From: Ministeria vibrans ATCC 50519
Taxonomy: Eukaryota; Protista; Filasterea
DNA length: 62,506 nt
Assembly (NCBI GenBank): GCA_943704425.1
Contig: CALSCP010001961.1
Coordinates: 1 to 62,506 of the forward strand
Reading direction: 5' to 3'
Below are positions 1 through 17,412 of the stretch, in pieces (the stretch's first letter is position 1; every line of letters starts with the position of its first letter). The notes under the pieces were generated by a model. The model saw only the letters and a list, made by a program, of their open reading frames with translations, did not search any database and had not been told where the DNA came from. The position numbers and the translations under genes were made by a program.

Positions 1-83
<83 letters not shown>

Positions 84-129
84 TCTCTCTCCCTCTCTCT
101 CTCTCTCCCTCTCTCTTTCCCTCTCTCTC
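1..129. repeat. (CT)n microsatellite, probably intronic
   Basis: Continuous ct repeat, followed by a pyrimidine tract and a tttag acceptor at 171-175. Confidence 0.95.
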
Positions 130-175
130 ACACATACTTTGTTCTTTCTTCCTCATCTATTCGTTTCTCTTTTAG

Positions 176-229
176 ATTGTCTTGTTGACTGTCGCTCTCG
201 TGTGTGTCTTCGTCCTTCGACACCACTAA
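176..229 (+). CDS. Probable terminal exon of an upstream gene, encoding a C-terminal hydrophobic tail anchor
   Basis: After the tttag acceptor the frame reads IVLLTVALVCVFVLRHH* (TAA 227-229). Phase 0 is assumed. Confidence 0.4.
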   Translation: MVLLTVALVCVFVLRHH

Positions 230-1025
230 GCATTAATCGTTGCTTTCGCGCCTATTGTTGCTGCTCAACAATGCCCTTGATGACGGTCGTTTGGTCAAGC
301 CCCTTTATCCGGGAGCCAACCGATTTGATGAGGACATTGGCAGTGTAGCGGTTCTGAAGCGGATCAATTTTGTTGACAACATTTTGCAAATGTGCGAATG
401 TGGGGAACGATGCGCCTTTGCGACAAGCGCATTAGTGCAAGCGGTTGAGATGGCTGATATGTTCTTATATGTGCTGCGCGGCAGTTGCGGGCCTCAGGGA
501 TTAATATTTCCGTACAATAGTGTAAAAATATATAAAATAAGCGAGATGTTTTACAATTCGCCCAGATTGTCTCCCTAGTCCCCGCTTTTCTTCTCCCTCA
601 TTGTATGATAGTATTCAACTATGCAGCATCGCATAAATGCTTCTGGGACGAAGTAAGGCGATGACTTCCTTTTATTTATTAGCACTGAAAACATGAAGAA
701 ATTTACACACCAATGGCTTTATAGACGAGCTTGAGAGTGGATACGGTTATACGGATCACCAGGTAGAACAAGCACACAGTACATACTCGTTAGTCGTTAC
801 CTCGTTGCCCGTTGGGGGTGGAATGAAGCATCTCCTTAATTTTTTTTAAAAATACGTCCTCGTCTAAAGGCATAAATAACAAGTTTGATCACTTTTTTTT
901 GTACGTTTAGCTTTACGCGACTCACGTCTCGCTCTAGGCCGTGATCTATTACCGATAATATTATTCAAGGGCTGTGTGTATTGCGTGTGTAAATCGCCAC
1001 CACATCGCAACCCCCTGAAATCGCA

Positions 1026-4000
1026 ATGTCTACCAATCCCCATCTGAATAAAGACGTGCCCACGGCGAGCGATATCATTGCTAGCCATAGCGGCGAGATC
1101 GACCCGCTCGGGAACGACCAAGGGGACAATGACGAGCACGACTGGCGTTCTCCCTCTCCACTCCCGTTTACGAGCTGGGCCAATTCTGTGCTGCTCAGCG
1201 ATGTGCATCCCTTTCTATCACGTTCTTCGTCTCCGATCCCTTCGGTACGGTCGTGAGGCTGATGTGATTTTTGGGTGTGCTCTGTTCTTTTTTGTTTTGC
1301 ATTCTCCCTTTGACTGACCTGTGCGTCGAAAAAATCAGAATTGGCAGAAGAAATAACCGATTTTGTTTTCTCTCGTTTTCTCGCTCTCTCTTTATCCCTC
1401 TCCTTTTTGCCATTGTGCAGCCCGCCCATTGCTCGTTATCTCCAATATTTGCTCGTGCTCCTTCTCCTTTCCGTTTCTTGCGTCCTTGTCAAATTTCTAC
1501 CCGTCTTAATAATATTTTCGACAACGATATCTTATTTTGCTGACGAAATATATCAACTTGACCATCGGCGTGCCTACCTCTAGATTCAAGACAGTCTCGC
1601 TGAGGCAACCATTGCACAACATAAGCGTGTGCTCAATGTTCACGGACATTATTTCTTGGCACTACCGTTCGAGCTGCTTTCGATTATTGTGGCCTACCTC
1701 ACCATAGCCGACGTGGTTCAGCTCGTACAGGTCCATCCCGTGTTTGCATCGCTCCGTGGCCACCTGTACCTGACGTCTATTCGCGCCACCATTGCCGCAC
1801 AATACCCTGTCGACTGTGACACCTGGACGCAACGGATGAAGCCTGTCACTGTCTTTGTCAACAACGGACGCCTCTTTCGCATCTTTTCCGACGCCGTCAT
1901 GCCCCTGTTGCGATCTAAACAACAGAAGATGAGTGCAACACAGAGAAGACAGCTGCTCTTGTGGGTCTTGTCAAACGACTATCCCAACGACGCGGAAATG
2001 GTTTACGAACTGGTAAAGCACCTTTTGGCGGGCTACGTCCTCGACCCACATGTCGACTCTACTACCGCCCTCGACGCCATCTGTGCCGAAGTGATTAACA
2101 AACCGCGGCGGCGTAGCCACGACGCTACCACGAGCCAGACGGGTGTGTTTAGTGCCATTGGTCCCTTTCAGAGTCCCACCTGGCTGGATGGTCATCCCGC
2201 CACCACCTCCATCTTTGCTGTGCTCAAACGCGCTCTTCGCTCGGTCGCCTCCACCGACAACGTGCGTCTCATTGTGTCCTTGGTTTCCTGGCTTCGCGAT
2301 CACGCTCCCAATCACGACGGCGTGAATGCGTCGGTTCTCTCCGACGTGGTGCTGCGCGGCTATCACCACGTCTTTGTTGCGCTGTTGCAAGAGCCCACAT
2401 TACAGTGGTCGGCGATGGCGGTAAGTGAGGCAATGCGCAGCACCGCTTCAACCGACCGACGTGACTTTGCTGAGACCCTCTTTGAGTTGGTTCCCGTGCT
2501 GGTGGATCTCACCGACATTGAGGTGATGCAGCGCGCCGCACGCGCGGGTCACTTGGCGTTTGCTCGTTTCGCGGTCGACAAGGGATTCACTCCTGGTGAC
2601 TGCACCGCTGGAAGTCCCCTCATTATTGCTTGCCGCTCCAACTCGGTTGACCTGGTCCACTTGCTCGTCGAGGTGGGCGGCGTCAACCCAAGCGGTGACA
2701 ACAATCTCGCCCTCCTGAATGCCTGTCGCTTAAATTGTACCGAGATGGTCGAGTACCTCTTGCGTTGCGACGCAGTTGATGCAGGCGCCCGTCAGAATCT
2801 CGCATTGCGCTACGCCGTCAAGACCAACGCTGTGCCTATTGTGAAGATGCTTGTGGCGCGCAGCGATGTCGACGGGGCCGTCAGTGAGTTTGTGTGTCTT
2901 CGAATGGCCGCCGCGCACGACAGCTCCGACGTCTTCCTCCTGCTCTTTCGCGCCATTAACACGGCCTACACGCGCGCGTTGAAAAAAGCACGGCTGACCC
3001 ACGCACCGCGGCCTCCTTCTCCCTTTGACAACATGACGGCGGAGCTTGCGTCCGAACTGATTATGACGCGTCTCCAGTCGGACGGTCTCGCCTACGAGTG
3101 TGTACGCCTTCTTGCCAATGCGTGTCCCGATCAAGTGACAGAGGCACTCTCTCTCAGGCACTTTGCCGCGCTCGTCGTGCGTGCGCCCGAAGAGCTTGCC
3201 CTCATGCGTCTCTTTGATGCCCTCTTGCAGCGCAAGTCGAGTGAGCAGCTGGCGGTAAAAGCAGCCTCGGAGAGCACCCTTTCCGAAAAGATGACTGTCA
3301 TCGAGGCGCTCTGGCGTGTCACTCAGTGGCACGGGGTGCTTGACAGGCTGCTCAAGGTGTGTTGGTTGCCTCCGTTGAAGGATATGGCTCGTGTTGTCAT
3401 CGTGGAAAATTGGGATCCGCGCAACGCAGCCTTTTGCTTGTGGGTGCACTACAGCATGCTGCAGGTGGCGGAGGAGGCGAAGCGAAAGAAGCGTTTGAAT
3501 GTGTTTGATCGGTTGGAAAAGTTTGATTTTGATCAGTTGGCTGTCGACGACGAAGGTATGGTGCTTGGAGAGAATGTTGTTGACAAGGAAGGCACAGAAA
3601 AGGAAGCGACGGTGGAGCATGTGAACAAGCGAGCTCGACTCGAGCTGAGCGTTCTTCAAGACATTACGGATAGCCGTGAGGCAACGACGTTTACCGACAT
3701 GATTTCTGACTTTGACTGTTGGGATGCGTCCAGTAGCGCAGTGCCCATGGAAGGAGTGGGGGAGGAGGAGGATATGGTGGAACTGTTTGAAGACGAGGGC
3801 GAAGATGGTCTTCACAGCGACATTCGCGAACAACCTATTAAAGCTGTGTGTCCGTGGTATTGGGGCCGTGATATTCCTACGTCGGTGGCCATTCTTTTTT
3901 CTCTAGCGCTGAGATACAAGTTGCTTGGCATTGCCACGGTGGTGGTACAGTTTCATTCGGATCTTCTCTGGCGTGGTTTTGTGAAGCACACACCGGAGAA

Positions 4001-4211
4001 ATATCTGAACGACATTGTCGCCTACGCCTGGTCTGTATTGTGTCGATTGCCAGGCACGCCGGAGGCTTTTAGCCTTCGCAATGCCTTTGCATTGCAACAA
4101 TACCCTTTCGAGCGGTTTCGATCCACCTTTATTCCGTTGCAGACACACGTAGCAATCATGCCTCAGGCACCCCTGACACATGGTATGAGCACAAACAAAC
4201 AGGCGCCATGA
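1026..4211 (+). CDS. F-box-like plus ankyrin-repeat protein (2 exons)
   Basis: Exon 1026-1244 (73 codons), intron gtacgg..ctag 1245-1583, exon 1584-4211 in frame with ORF 1629. F-box-like LALPFELLSIIVAYLTIADVVQLVQV. Ankyrin-like units PLIIACRSNSVDLVHLLVE, ALLNACRLNCTEMVEYLL and ALRYAVKTNAVPIVKMLV. Confidence 0.75.
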
Positions 4212-5008
4212 GTGCTTCTCCCAATGACCAAACCAAAAGCATCTGTACCAACCTGTCTCCTCGAGATCAACTATTCTTCACTTTTTTGGAATGTGCCACC
4301 TACCTGTTCATACAAGTGTAAATCAGCTATTTTCAACTTGACGGGTAACTTTAAAATGCCTCAGCTGCAAGTGTAAATCAGCTATTTTTAACTTGGCGCG
4401 AATTCGGATTTGCGTTTAAAATCCGTTCAATTGTGTCGTAAAGCTGCCTCTGTATAATATAAAATACAGATATTAACATTATTGTATCAATAAGAAAGAC
4501 GTAATAATTTAATGTCATTAGTATTGCGATGTATCCAACACCAAAGAACAACACTAATAATACTAACAATGTGATTTGATTACAAAACACGAGAACCTGT
4601 CTATGAGTGACTAAAGTCACTAAACTAAGTGCGGAGTACTCCGTACTCCGTACGGAGTAGTCAATAGTGGGTGCTACTAGCATGTAGAAAGTAAAGTTAT
4701 TCATTATAAGCAACTGCGAGTGAAAGGCTTTGAAGTGAATAAAGTAAAGACGACATATTTCAACTAACTTAAGACTGAGTCAAGAGTGTGACGAGATATC
4801 TGCTATGGCAGATATCTCATATTAGTCATCAGACCTATTATCACTTTAATAATTAATGACTTTATTCACTTATCAGTTGACAGTTACGGTGGCAGAAAAG
4901 AAGTAGAGAATTCCACGAGAAATTATAAGATTAAATTAAATTTAAATTATTATTATTTAATCTTTTATCGTCATACTCACCGCACCCTAGCGTTACCACC
5001 AAACCAAC

Positions 5009-5927
5009 ATGTCAGCCGGAGCGACAGCCTCCTCGAATTTGGGCCCTTCATTTGAGGGGACGCGTACGTCAGCGTTTCCATCACAAAGCACCGCCACCAC
5101 CACCAGGCATGTGCAGGTCGCCACGGGTAATGGTGGTGGCAGTCTTTCATGTATGATATTGTCTCGACCTCCTCTTTCTTGCCTACTGCAAGTGTGTAAA
5201 GTTGGTTGCCATGGCAAAAAAAAAAAAAAGTCAAGGGAATGCTCCACTACATTCACTCGAGTGAATTATCACGCACATACACACACATACGCCCACACAC
5301 GCACACACACACACATACACACACACACACACACGATGTTTCTTCCGTCTTATATTGAAACGCTCTTTCTTTTAGCGTCTGGACACAAGTCGTTTGGCGT
5401 TGGCACGGGCAACGCGTCACGACGCACTGAGTGGTGGAATACAAATTACTCAACACATCGTCCGCTTGAAGACGATGTCACTGGAGAACGACGTGACTAT
5501 GCTGCAGTGCGACAGGTACTAAACTTATACAAATAATGACAATGCAATTCATCAAAAATGATACCATAATATTAATTAATTTATCTTTACAGGTGATGGA
5601 AGGTGTGCCGCGGGGTGAACGTTTGGACTTTAGCAAGGCGCGATTGGTCACAGGTGAACTGGATGACTGCTACTGTGTTCCACGAGTGGCCACAGCGGGT
5701 TATGTGGGCCGTTGGGATCCGGACGCGAACACCGACTACCGTCGTGAGTACGTCGAGCATGGTCATCACAAACGCGACGCAAAGCGTCCCGCCCACTGGC
5801 GTCCCGAGCACGAGCCTTTTGATGGCAAAACAACTCATCGCACCGACTTTCGTGGCCTTTCAACTGAGCCTACCGCTCCCTGTCGACCCAAAGAGACAGT
5901 ACGAACAAACAGAGAAGAAAAGCAATC

Positions 5928-5988
<61 letters not shown>

Positions 5989-6805
5989 TTTGTTTTTTTT
6001 TTTGTGCGTCTACGTGTGCGTATAGCGCCACGAAACGGTAGATATGCCCATGACATCAACCTACGATGAATATGGTCGACTGCCAGGAGCACCGCGTGCC
6101 GATGCGCTTATTCCCGAGGACCATCTGCACACCGCGGGACCTGCCACCAACCGCACCGAAGTTCGAGACAACTACACACCACACGACGCGCGATACGAGC
6201 CACCACGCAGGGCACCCCAGTCGCGCAACGAGCCCGAGGGACACTTTGAAGGGGCAACCACCTACAACAAGGCCTATGTTGAGAAGGAGGTGCCGCGTGC
6301 ACCCCCGCGCACCTTTGGTGACGGCGTCTACCGCCCGGGGCCCATGCTTCTCGACACTGAGTACAACGAGCAGTACAAGGAGAAGGACATTTGTCGCTGC
6401 GGTCAAGGCGAAGTCCGTATTCTCTTCCATGAAATGGGCACAGGTACATTATATATTTTATATATGTGCACGTGTGGGTGTACTGTATCGCGTGTGTTTT
6501 TTGTCTCCGTTTTTTATACAAAAATTGTCATACATTGACACGCGCTCATGAATATAGGTCCTTCGACGGATTGGGAGCGAGTGCCTGAGAAAATGCGAGG
6601 AGTGGGCGGCGGACACATTCGCGTTGGAGACACAGAAGTGCACGCACAGAAGACGGTGTATGCACGTGACGGGCAGTCACTTGTGCAGGGTCGTGACTTT
6701 AAGTTTCTTACATCGCGCGAAAAGGTACAAAATAAGAATAATAATAATAATAATAATTAGAAGAAGAATACAACCCATTTATTAATTATAATAATAACAA
6801 TAATA

Positions 6806-6840
<35 letters not shown>

Positions 6841-6846
6841 TATGTT

Positions 6847-6916
<70 letters not shown>

Positions 6917-6921
6917 TAATA

Positions 6922-6961
<40 letters not shown>

Positions 6962-7899
6962 TAATAAGTTTTCTTTGTGTTTTCCTTGCTTTCATTGACC
7001 ACGGGGCCTTATGTGTATGTATGTAGGAACTTGAAAGGCAACGACGCAATCGTGGAACAATGATGGGCAATGCGTCAGGTGCGAACACAAGGACGACGAC
7101 CACGTCATCAGTGGGGCGCACGCCCTCGCTGGGATCCTCCGCTCTACTGTCGACAGCCACGGCAGTACGCTCGATGTCGTCGGCACAACGCCCCGTTGAT
7201 GGCCCTAGCTATAGGCCTGCCACTCATGATCATGGCCCTCTCCACGAGGGCTCCATGTATCGCTCTGAAGGACTGCGTCGGTCGTACTCGTCTCAGCAGG
7301 GGTATAAAAGCTCAACGGGCACTTCTCATGCCGGTGCGCCCTCGCCCTCCCCCACTCGCGGAATGAGTAACACCTTTCATTACGGTTCGACGAGCAGTGT
7401 TGCCTCTCAGGCATACCCTCCCTCGGGCTATGCCACTGCCCCTTACATCCATCCTCCGGAGCCCGAAAAAGCGGCCACAGCGACCTCCAAGGGGGGAAAG
7501 AGCAAGTCCAATCCGGGTCAGATCACTACGCGACGCTCCTCCATGAAGCATAAGTCCTCAACCCCCGACACCACAACCACCACCACCACTGTCAGTACAG
7601 GCCCAAATTCGACTGCGCGCCGACAAAAATCTCTCTTGCGCTCCGTCTCCTTTGAAGCTCCCTGTGTCCATCCGGCGCCTTCCAAGTCTGGTGGCGGTGC
7701 AAGCGCGGGCGTCTCCGGCTCGGCGTGGCGTCCGGCTGCTCGCCACGACGCAAGCGCCGGCGGGAGCAAGCGAGTGCGTGCCTCGCGACGCGCCGACCTT
7801 GGACGCAAGACATTTGACTCGATGGACGAAGGGCACAAGGAAATGGTAGGTCAATTCTTTACATATGTAGTCTTTGTTCTGAGACAAAATGACTCATTA

Positions 7900-7930
<31 letters not shown>

Positions 7931-8592
7931 TTTATTATTGTTCCTAATCTTATTATTCTTATTATTCTTATTATGATTAGTACCGCTATCAAACGACCAA
8001 GCAACAAATGAATGGAGTGCTGCGCGACTCAAGTCCTCAGCGTGTCCCGTCCGTGCCACAGGGCGCGTCAGCACTGAGCACGTCTCTGGGACACTCCAAC
8101 GTGTACTCGTCTCGTGTGCCCACACACGCGAGCTCTGCGGGGCTAGCCAATGGTACAGCAGCTGGCGCGGGCACACGTGGCCACAACTCAAGTGCGACAA
8201 TGAGTCACAGTGGTAGCAGCGCTCGTCGTGGCGATGATGGTGTGGGTGGCACTGCTTCTAGTACAGCGGTCGGTCGCAGCATGTCGTCGACTTTTGTCAC
8301 GCACGCAGGCTCACGCTCACAGGTTGGCGATGGTCATTTGGAGTCATACAAGTCGTTGGGTCGACACCACTCCAACGGCGGTAGTAATGGCGGTGGCACG
8401 ACCACGACAACAACTCGCCTAGTGCATGGCACAGGGTCAGGCACGGACGGTGGCACCTTCAACCGCAGCTCCACGTCATCGCGTGCGGGCTCGACTGTCT
8501 CCTTTCACGCCACTGACCCCTCTACTTCCGTTTCCCAGCCAGCTACCACCCGCACTGTCACAACGCGAAAGTTTTCTTACAGCAAGCAATGA
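5009..8592 (+). CDS. SAXO/FAM154-like microtubule-stabilising protein with a long Ser/Thr/Gly-rich tail (multi-exon)
   Basis: Repeated Mn-type motifs NTDYRREY, PFDGKTTHRTDF, TEVRDNY, HFEGATTYNKAY and DTEYNEQY. GT-AG introns near 5151-5375, 5516-5591, 5899-6025, 6444-6557, 6725-7026 and 7846-7980. Boundaries are approximate. Confidence 0.65.
6737..6966. repeat. (AAT)n microsatellite in an intron
   Basis: Long aat array. Similar arrays lie at 5929-5987, 20410-20475, 38330-38380 and 45895-46062. Confidence 0.95.
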
Positions 8593-9067
8593 AATTCATC
8601 AAAAACAATTTTTATGCAAGCTTTTTTGCAGCCTGTAGGGAGAGCTTCCGAAGACTTCACTTAGACTTGGGGTTCGCCAAGAATCGAGAAGGTGCTGACA
8701 TTTTCCTCGCCGAGGGTTGACCAAGGGGAGGACGGACTTCGGACGGACATTTTGAAACGGTTTCTCGGATGTACCTTCGATGTACCTCCTCGGATGCACA
8801 TCCACGAACCGCATCGTACCTTCTAATAAATAGACCCCTCAGTGGCATGCTCAAGATTGCGCTGACATCCAAAGGCAACTCATTTTCACTGTTCCGCTGG
8901 ATTGTTAAGGACGAATAATTGGAAGAAGAAGAAATTTCGAAGACATTTACAAATTATAATACAAAACAAAATAATATTATTATAAAAATCAAATTAATTA
9001 TTAAAAGTCACACTATTATTGTTTTACTATAGAAGAGAGTCCCATTCGTTGAGTGCTTCCACAATCA

Positions 9068-13689
<4,622 letters not shown>

Positions 13690-13957
13690 ACTGAAATCAA
13701 GAAACAATGAAAAATTGAAAATTTACAGATTTGAATCGAGTCATTCGAGTGCGAGACTACTGAAGAGCCATATCAAAATAAAAAAGGAAGACAATGTAGA
13801 CTAACCCCGAAAAAGGTAAAGCGCCCCTAGGCCCACGAGGGCCAAGAGCCAAGGGTCAAGGCGGGCTAGAATACGCTCTCATAGCAAGCGAGCGTACGAA
13901 GAATTCGAGGATATTTACAGTAATTTGTTCAGTTGTACAAAAGGTATTACTCCGGTA

Positions 13958-15352
13958 TTACAGCTCTTCATTGCTCTTGCTTTTGCGGCGCTCCTTGATA
14001 TCGGTGTTTTTCGTCGACTGGGTGGGCTGCACTGCCATACGAACTTCGAGGGAAAGTCGTGTTCCAGTAAAATTGATGATAGGTGCTCGGTGGGACAAGG
14101 CGGTGTGTCCTGGGACAACAAGCAGACGCCCTGCAAACGGTTTGATCAGCGAAAGGGCATCTGGATCCCACTCTGTCCCGGTGAAAGTGTCCTCCGCACT
14201 CCCGTACACCGCTGTTTCACCACAATCTTGAGTCGCGCACCCCTGCGTGACAAACGCAACAAGTGCAAACCTCTCATCGTCTCCGCCCTGTTCGTCGGCC
14301 TCGCCAGCACTGCGAATGCGCGGCTCATCTGAGTGAGCACCTAGCTGTAGTGTGATGGACGTGACACGAACGTCGGAGATTCGGGTGCCCGTGAGCGTCT
14401 CAACGGCGGTCAGGACACCTCTCTGGAGAACCTCACGCCACAAAGGCATGGTAACAAAATTTTCGGGTGCGATGGTGCCTTCAAACAGTCGGGTCTTCAA
14501 CGCAAAAGCTTTGCTCGAGGCGTCGCGATCCGCTGTGTTCACTTGTGCACGAGACGAAGTCCACAGTGCAGCCGACATGAGCTGGTGGGCCAGCGCAGCA
14601 TCCTCGCCAAAGACCCCGTCCACGACCGCCATTCGAGCCAAGTGTGGAGCCTGTTGAATCACACGAAGCGTATCAAGGGCCAACGGCTGAAAGGTTGACG
14701 GTACATCGACGGAGGTGACAAGCGGCGTCAGCGCGTACGGTTGTGGATGTGCCAGCATGAGCACCTGCAAGCGACGCACAGCGTACGACGGTGGACGCAC
14801 AAAAAAACGAACGCGATCGTCGAGACGCATCAGACGACCGTGTACGTGATGAACGGAGGCGACCACAGTGTAATTGTCGACGTCGTCCAGTGCGACAAGT
14901 TCACCATAATCATTTCGATTCCAAATTTCGCCCAGAAAGCCCACTATCAAATCTTGCCCTGTACCCTCCGTGTCATGTACAATCTGTGTCTCGTCGCCTC
15001 GTGCAACCGCTACACATCTGACGTGCGCATCGTCAAGCGACAGCGTCGGCGCGTGCCGCAACAGCGCTGCAAACTCGTCGCGCGTCGAATCGTCGCACTG
15101 CGCAGACCACTCAAAGGCACATGCGGTCACGTCACCCCCCACACACGTGCGTCTGTTTTGCCATCGACACCGGTGCAGACAGGCATCGAGAGCCTTGCGA
15201 GCGGCCCCTTCCTCGCGCTCCTTCACCGTCAACAGTTGGATTCCATGTCCCAGCGACGTTTGCCATTTTCGAGGGAGCGCCGCCGTAAAGGGCCCCATTG
15301 CGGCAAGAACAAGTAGAAGACCCACTAAGCGGGTATGGATCGGGGCGTTCAT
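13958..15352 (-). CDS. Signal-peptide protein with a C-terminal prolyl-hydroxylase-like 2OG-Fe(II) oxygenase fold, ending NEEL
   Basis: Intronless ORF. Signal MNAPIHTRLVGLLLVLAAMGPFTAA. C-terminal FALVAFV..CGETAVY..IKPFAGRLLVVPG..HRAP..RLSLEVR resembles the P4H-like beta-helix. KDEL-like end. Confidence 0.55.
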   Translation of the reverse strand: MNAPIHTRLVGLLLVLAAMGPFTAALPRKWQTSLGHGIQLLTVKEREEGAARKALDACLHRCRWQNRRTCVGGDVTACAFEWSAQCDDSTRDEFAALLRHAPTLSLDDAHVRCVAVARGDETQIVHDTEGTGQDLIVGFLGEIWNRNDYGELVALDDVDNYTVVASVHHVHGRLMRLDDRVRFFVRPPSYAVRRLQVLMLAHPQPYALTPLVTSVDVPSTFQPLALDTLRVIQQAPHLARMAVVDGVFGEDAALAHQLMSAALWTSSRAQVNTADRDASSKAFALKTRLFEGTIAPENFVTMPLWREVLQRGVLTAVETLTGTRISDVRVTSITLQLGAHSDEPRIRSAGEADEQGGDDERFALVAFVTQGCATQDCGETAVYGSAEDTFTGTEWDPDALSLIKPFAGRLLVVPGHTALSHRAPIINFTGTRLSLEVRMAVQPTQSTKNTDIKERRKSKSNEEL

Positions 15353-15783
15353 AAAGTAAAACGAAACTGACTGAACGATCAAATATTATTCAATGTAGTG
15401 TAAAACACTATACAAAGCTTCCGGGCGGAGTGAGTTCCGGCATAGGCGCATAGACTAGCCCCAAGAAGACAGAAGTCAAAGAAGATGGAATACTGTTATT
15501 ACTATTATATTATTAGGAATAAATGAAGTCGAAAAGTTTACTCAAAAAGAAGGAGAGAGAGAGAGAGAAATATTAATACACATATAAAAGAGAGTAATAC
15601 AATGCTTCCGCCACGGACTAACTCCAAAAAGATGGGGCGCCCATAGACCCACAAATACTTATTACTATTACTATTATTACTATTATAAGTGTATAATTAT
15701 TTTTGCATTCTCGATTCTCTATTTATGTTCTCTTATAACTTAATGAGTATTATTATTATATGACTTAATTCCAGTTCGACACG

Positions 15784-16431
15784 ATGAGCGACACTACTAG
15801 GGACACTACTGCTGAAGCAATTATAAAGATGCATGACGCTCGCGCCGAGAGTTACTCGAACGAAATGATGGAAGAAATCACAAAACCAATGTACTCGGAG
15901 CGCATCCCGCGTTTCGTTGCGGCTTGCCCAGACCAAGGGCCACTTATCGACGTCGGATGTGGCAGCGGGGACTGTTTGGCGCTCGTACACCAGCGCTTTC
16001 CGGACATTCCGCTTCTGGGCTGCGATGTCTCTTCCGAAATGGTCAAGATCGCCCGCCACCGCGTGCCCAGTGCCACCATCACACAGAGCAGCGGCTCGGC
16101 TCTTAGCGAGCAGCCAAGCAGCGTCCGTGGCATTCTATCCTATTTTGTGATTCACTTCCTCTGCGCTGACGAACTGGCGACCGCAGCGGCGTCGTGGAGC
16201 ACTGCACTGTGCGCAGGCGGGCGTCTGTTGCTTGGCTTCTGGGTGGGCGAGCCTGGCAGCACTATGGAGTTTGGCGAGCAATGGGTGCACGTCCAGGCAA
16301 CGTACAACTCGCGTGCCGAGGTCGTCTTGGCGCTCACCACTGCTGGACTGGCCATTGTGCGAAGTGAAGAGGAGGAGGACCCCGACATGTGTATGATGAT
16401 GGGCTTCATTGAAGCAATCAAGAAGGATTGA
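15784..16431 (+). CDS. Class I SAM-dependent methyltransferase
   Basis: Motif I LIDVGCGSG, GCDVSSEMVKIAR, YFVIHF and LCAGGRLLL. Intronless. Confidence 0.9.
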   Translation: MSDTTRDTTAEAIIKMHDARAESYSNEMMEEITKPMYSERIPRFVAACPDQGPLIDVGCGSGDCLALVHQRFPDIPLLGCDVSSEMVKIARHRVPSATITQSSGSALSEQPSSVRGILSYFVIHFLCADELATAAASWSTALCAGGRLLLGFWVGEPGSTMEFGEQWVHVQATYNSRAEVVLALTTAGLAIVRSEEEEDPDMCMMMGFIEAIKKD

Positions 16432-16637
16432 AATCAGTGTAAACGGGGGAGAGAAAGCAAGCGCAGTCCTGGAGCGGACAAACGATACTCCTGCAGACAG
16501 ACAGACAGTGAGTGAGTGAGTGAGTGAGTGAGTCCTGCTCGACATGTTCTTGGTGCACTTTTCGAAACTTCTCTGTGACAATACGATCGGGGGTTTTAAT
16601 CATCAGTACTCCCTGAAGCAGAACAAAAATCAGGCCC

Positions 16638-17316
16638 TCACTCACAAATGGGAGGCGTTCGCAAGTAATCTGCATTGTGAAGGGACGGCTCGTAGTCATG
16701 GAAGGTCAGGTACGAGTCGAAATCGGAGGGAGCGCCCTTGTACGCCATGTACTGTGCCACGGGAATGTGTGTACCGTGCTGCAGCCAGAACATGCCCTCG
16801 GTGCTCTGTGTGGGCAGGTGGACGGCGAAGGAGTACTCGTCGGAGAGAACCCCCTCACGCATCACCGTCGCGCGAAAGTGCACGTCGGAAGGCACAAACG
16901 CGCCAAAGGAAGGCAAAGGCAGTTTGCTGCACTCGGCAATCCCCGCACTGGTGATGCTCATGCCGTAGCCAAAACTGGCGCTGGGCGGTGAGTGAAAAAT
17001 GGTTTGAGCTCCGAACTTCCCTGTCATGTCCTGGCGCGTCAAGTTGTTAGTCAGGTCGTAGTAGAGACGTCCTTCCATGATGAGGCTGTTGGTTGTGTTG
17101 TCTGCGTTGAATCCTTCGTAGCGTTGGACGTAGCCGGTCGTAAAGGTTGACGTTGACAGCACTATATGGAACCACAACAACCGCAAATGCAAAGAAGATA
17201 GTTGAATGGAACTCCACCTCTCAGCCATGGTGCGTACAGTCGCGCAACGGAACCGACGACGTAAACACCGAGGCCACACACATCAAGAGGACGACGAGAG
17301 TGAGAGTGTGAGGCAT
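16638..17316 (-). CDS. Secreted ependymin-related-like protein (2 exons)
   Basis: Signal MPHTLTLVVLLMCVASVFTS, intron ~17163-17237. GRLYYDLTNNLTRQD, ECSKLPL and C-terminal PPIC resemble ependymin-related proteins. Confidence 0.55.
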
Positions 17317-17412
17317 GCCAGAAAAAATAACACAAAAAAAAATAATAATAATAATAATTATTATAATAAAAAAATATAATATTGATTCAAACTTTTTTTT
17401 AAAAAAAAACTC

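Noticed and set aside
2730-3833. 367-aa antisense ORF
   Set aside because: It is a shadow of the F-box/ankyrin gene.
8640-8945. Short internal repeats (ggacggac, gatgtacct) between convergent genes, possibly a MITE
   Set aside because: No clear terminal inverted repeats or target-site duplication could be identified.
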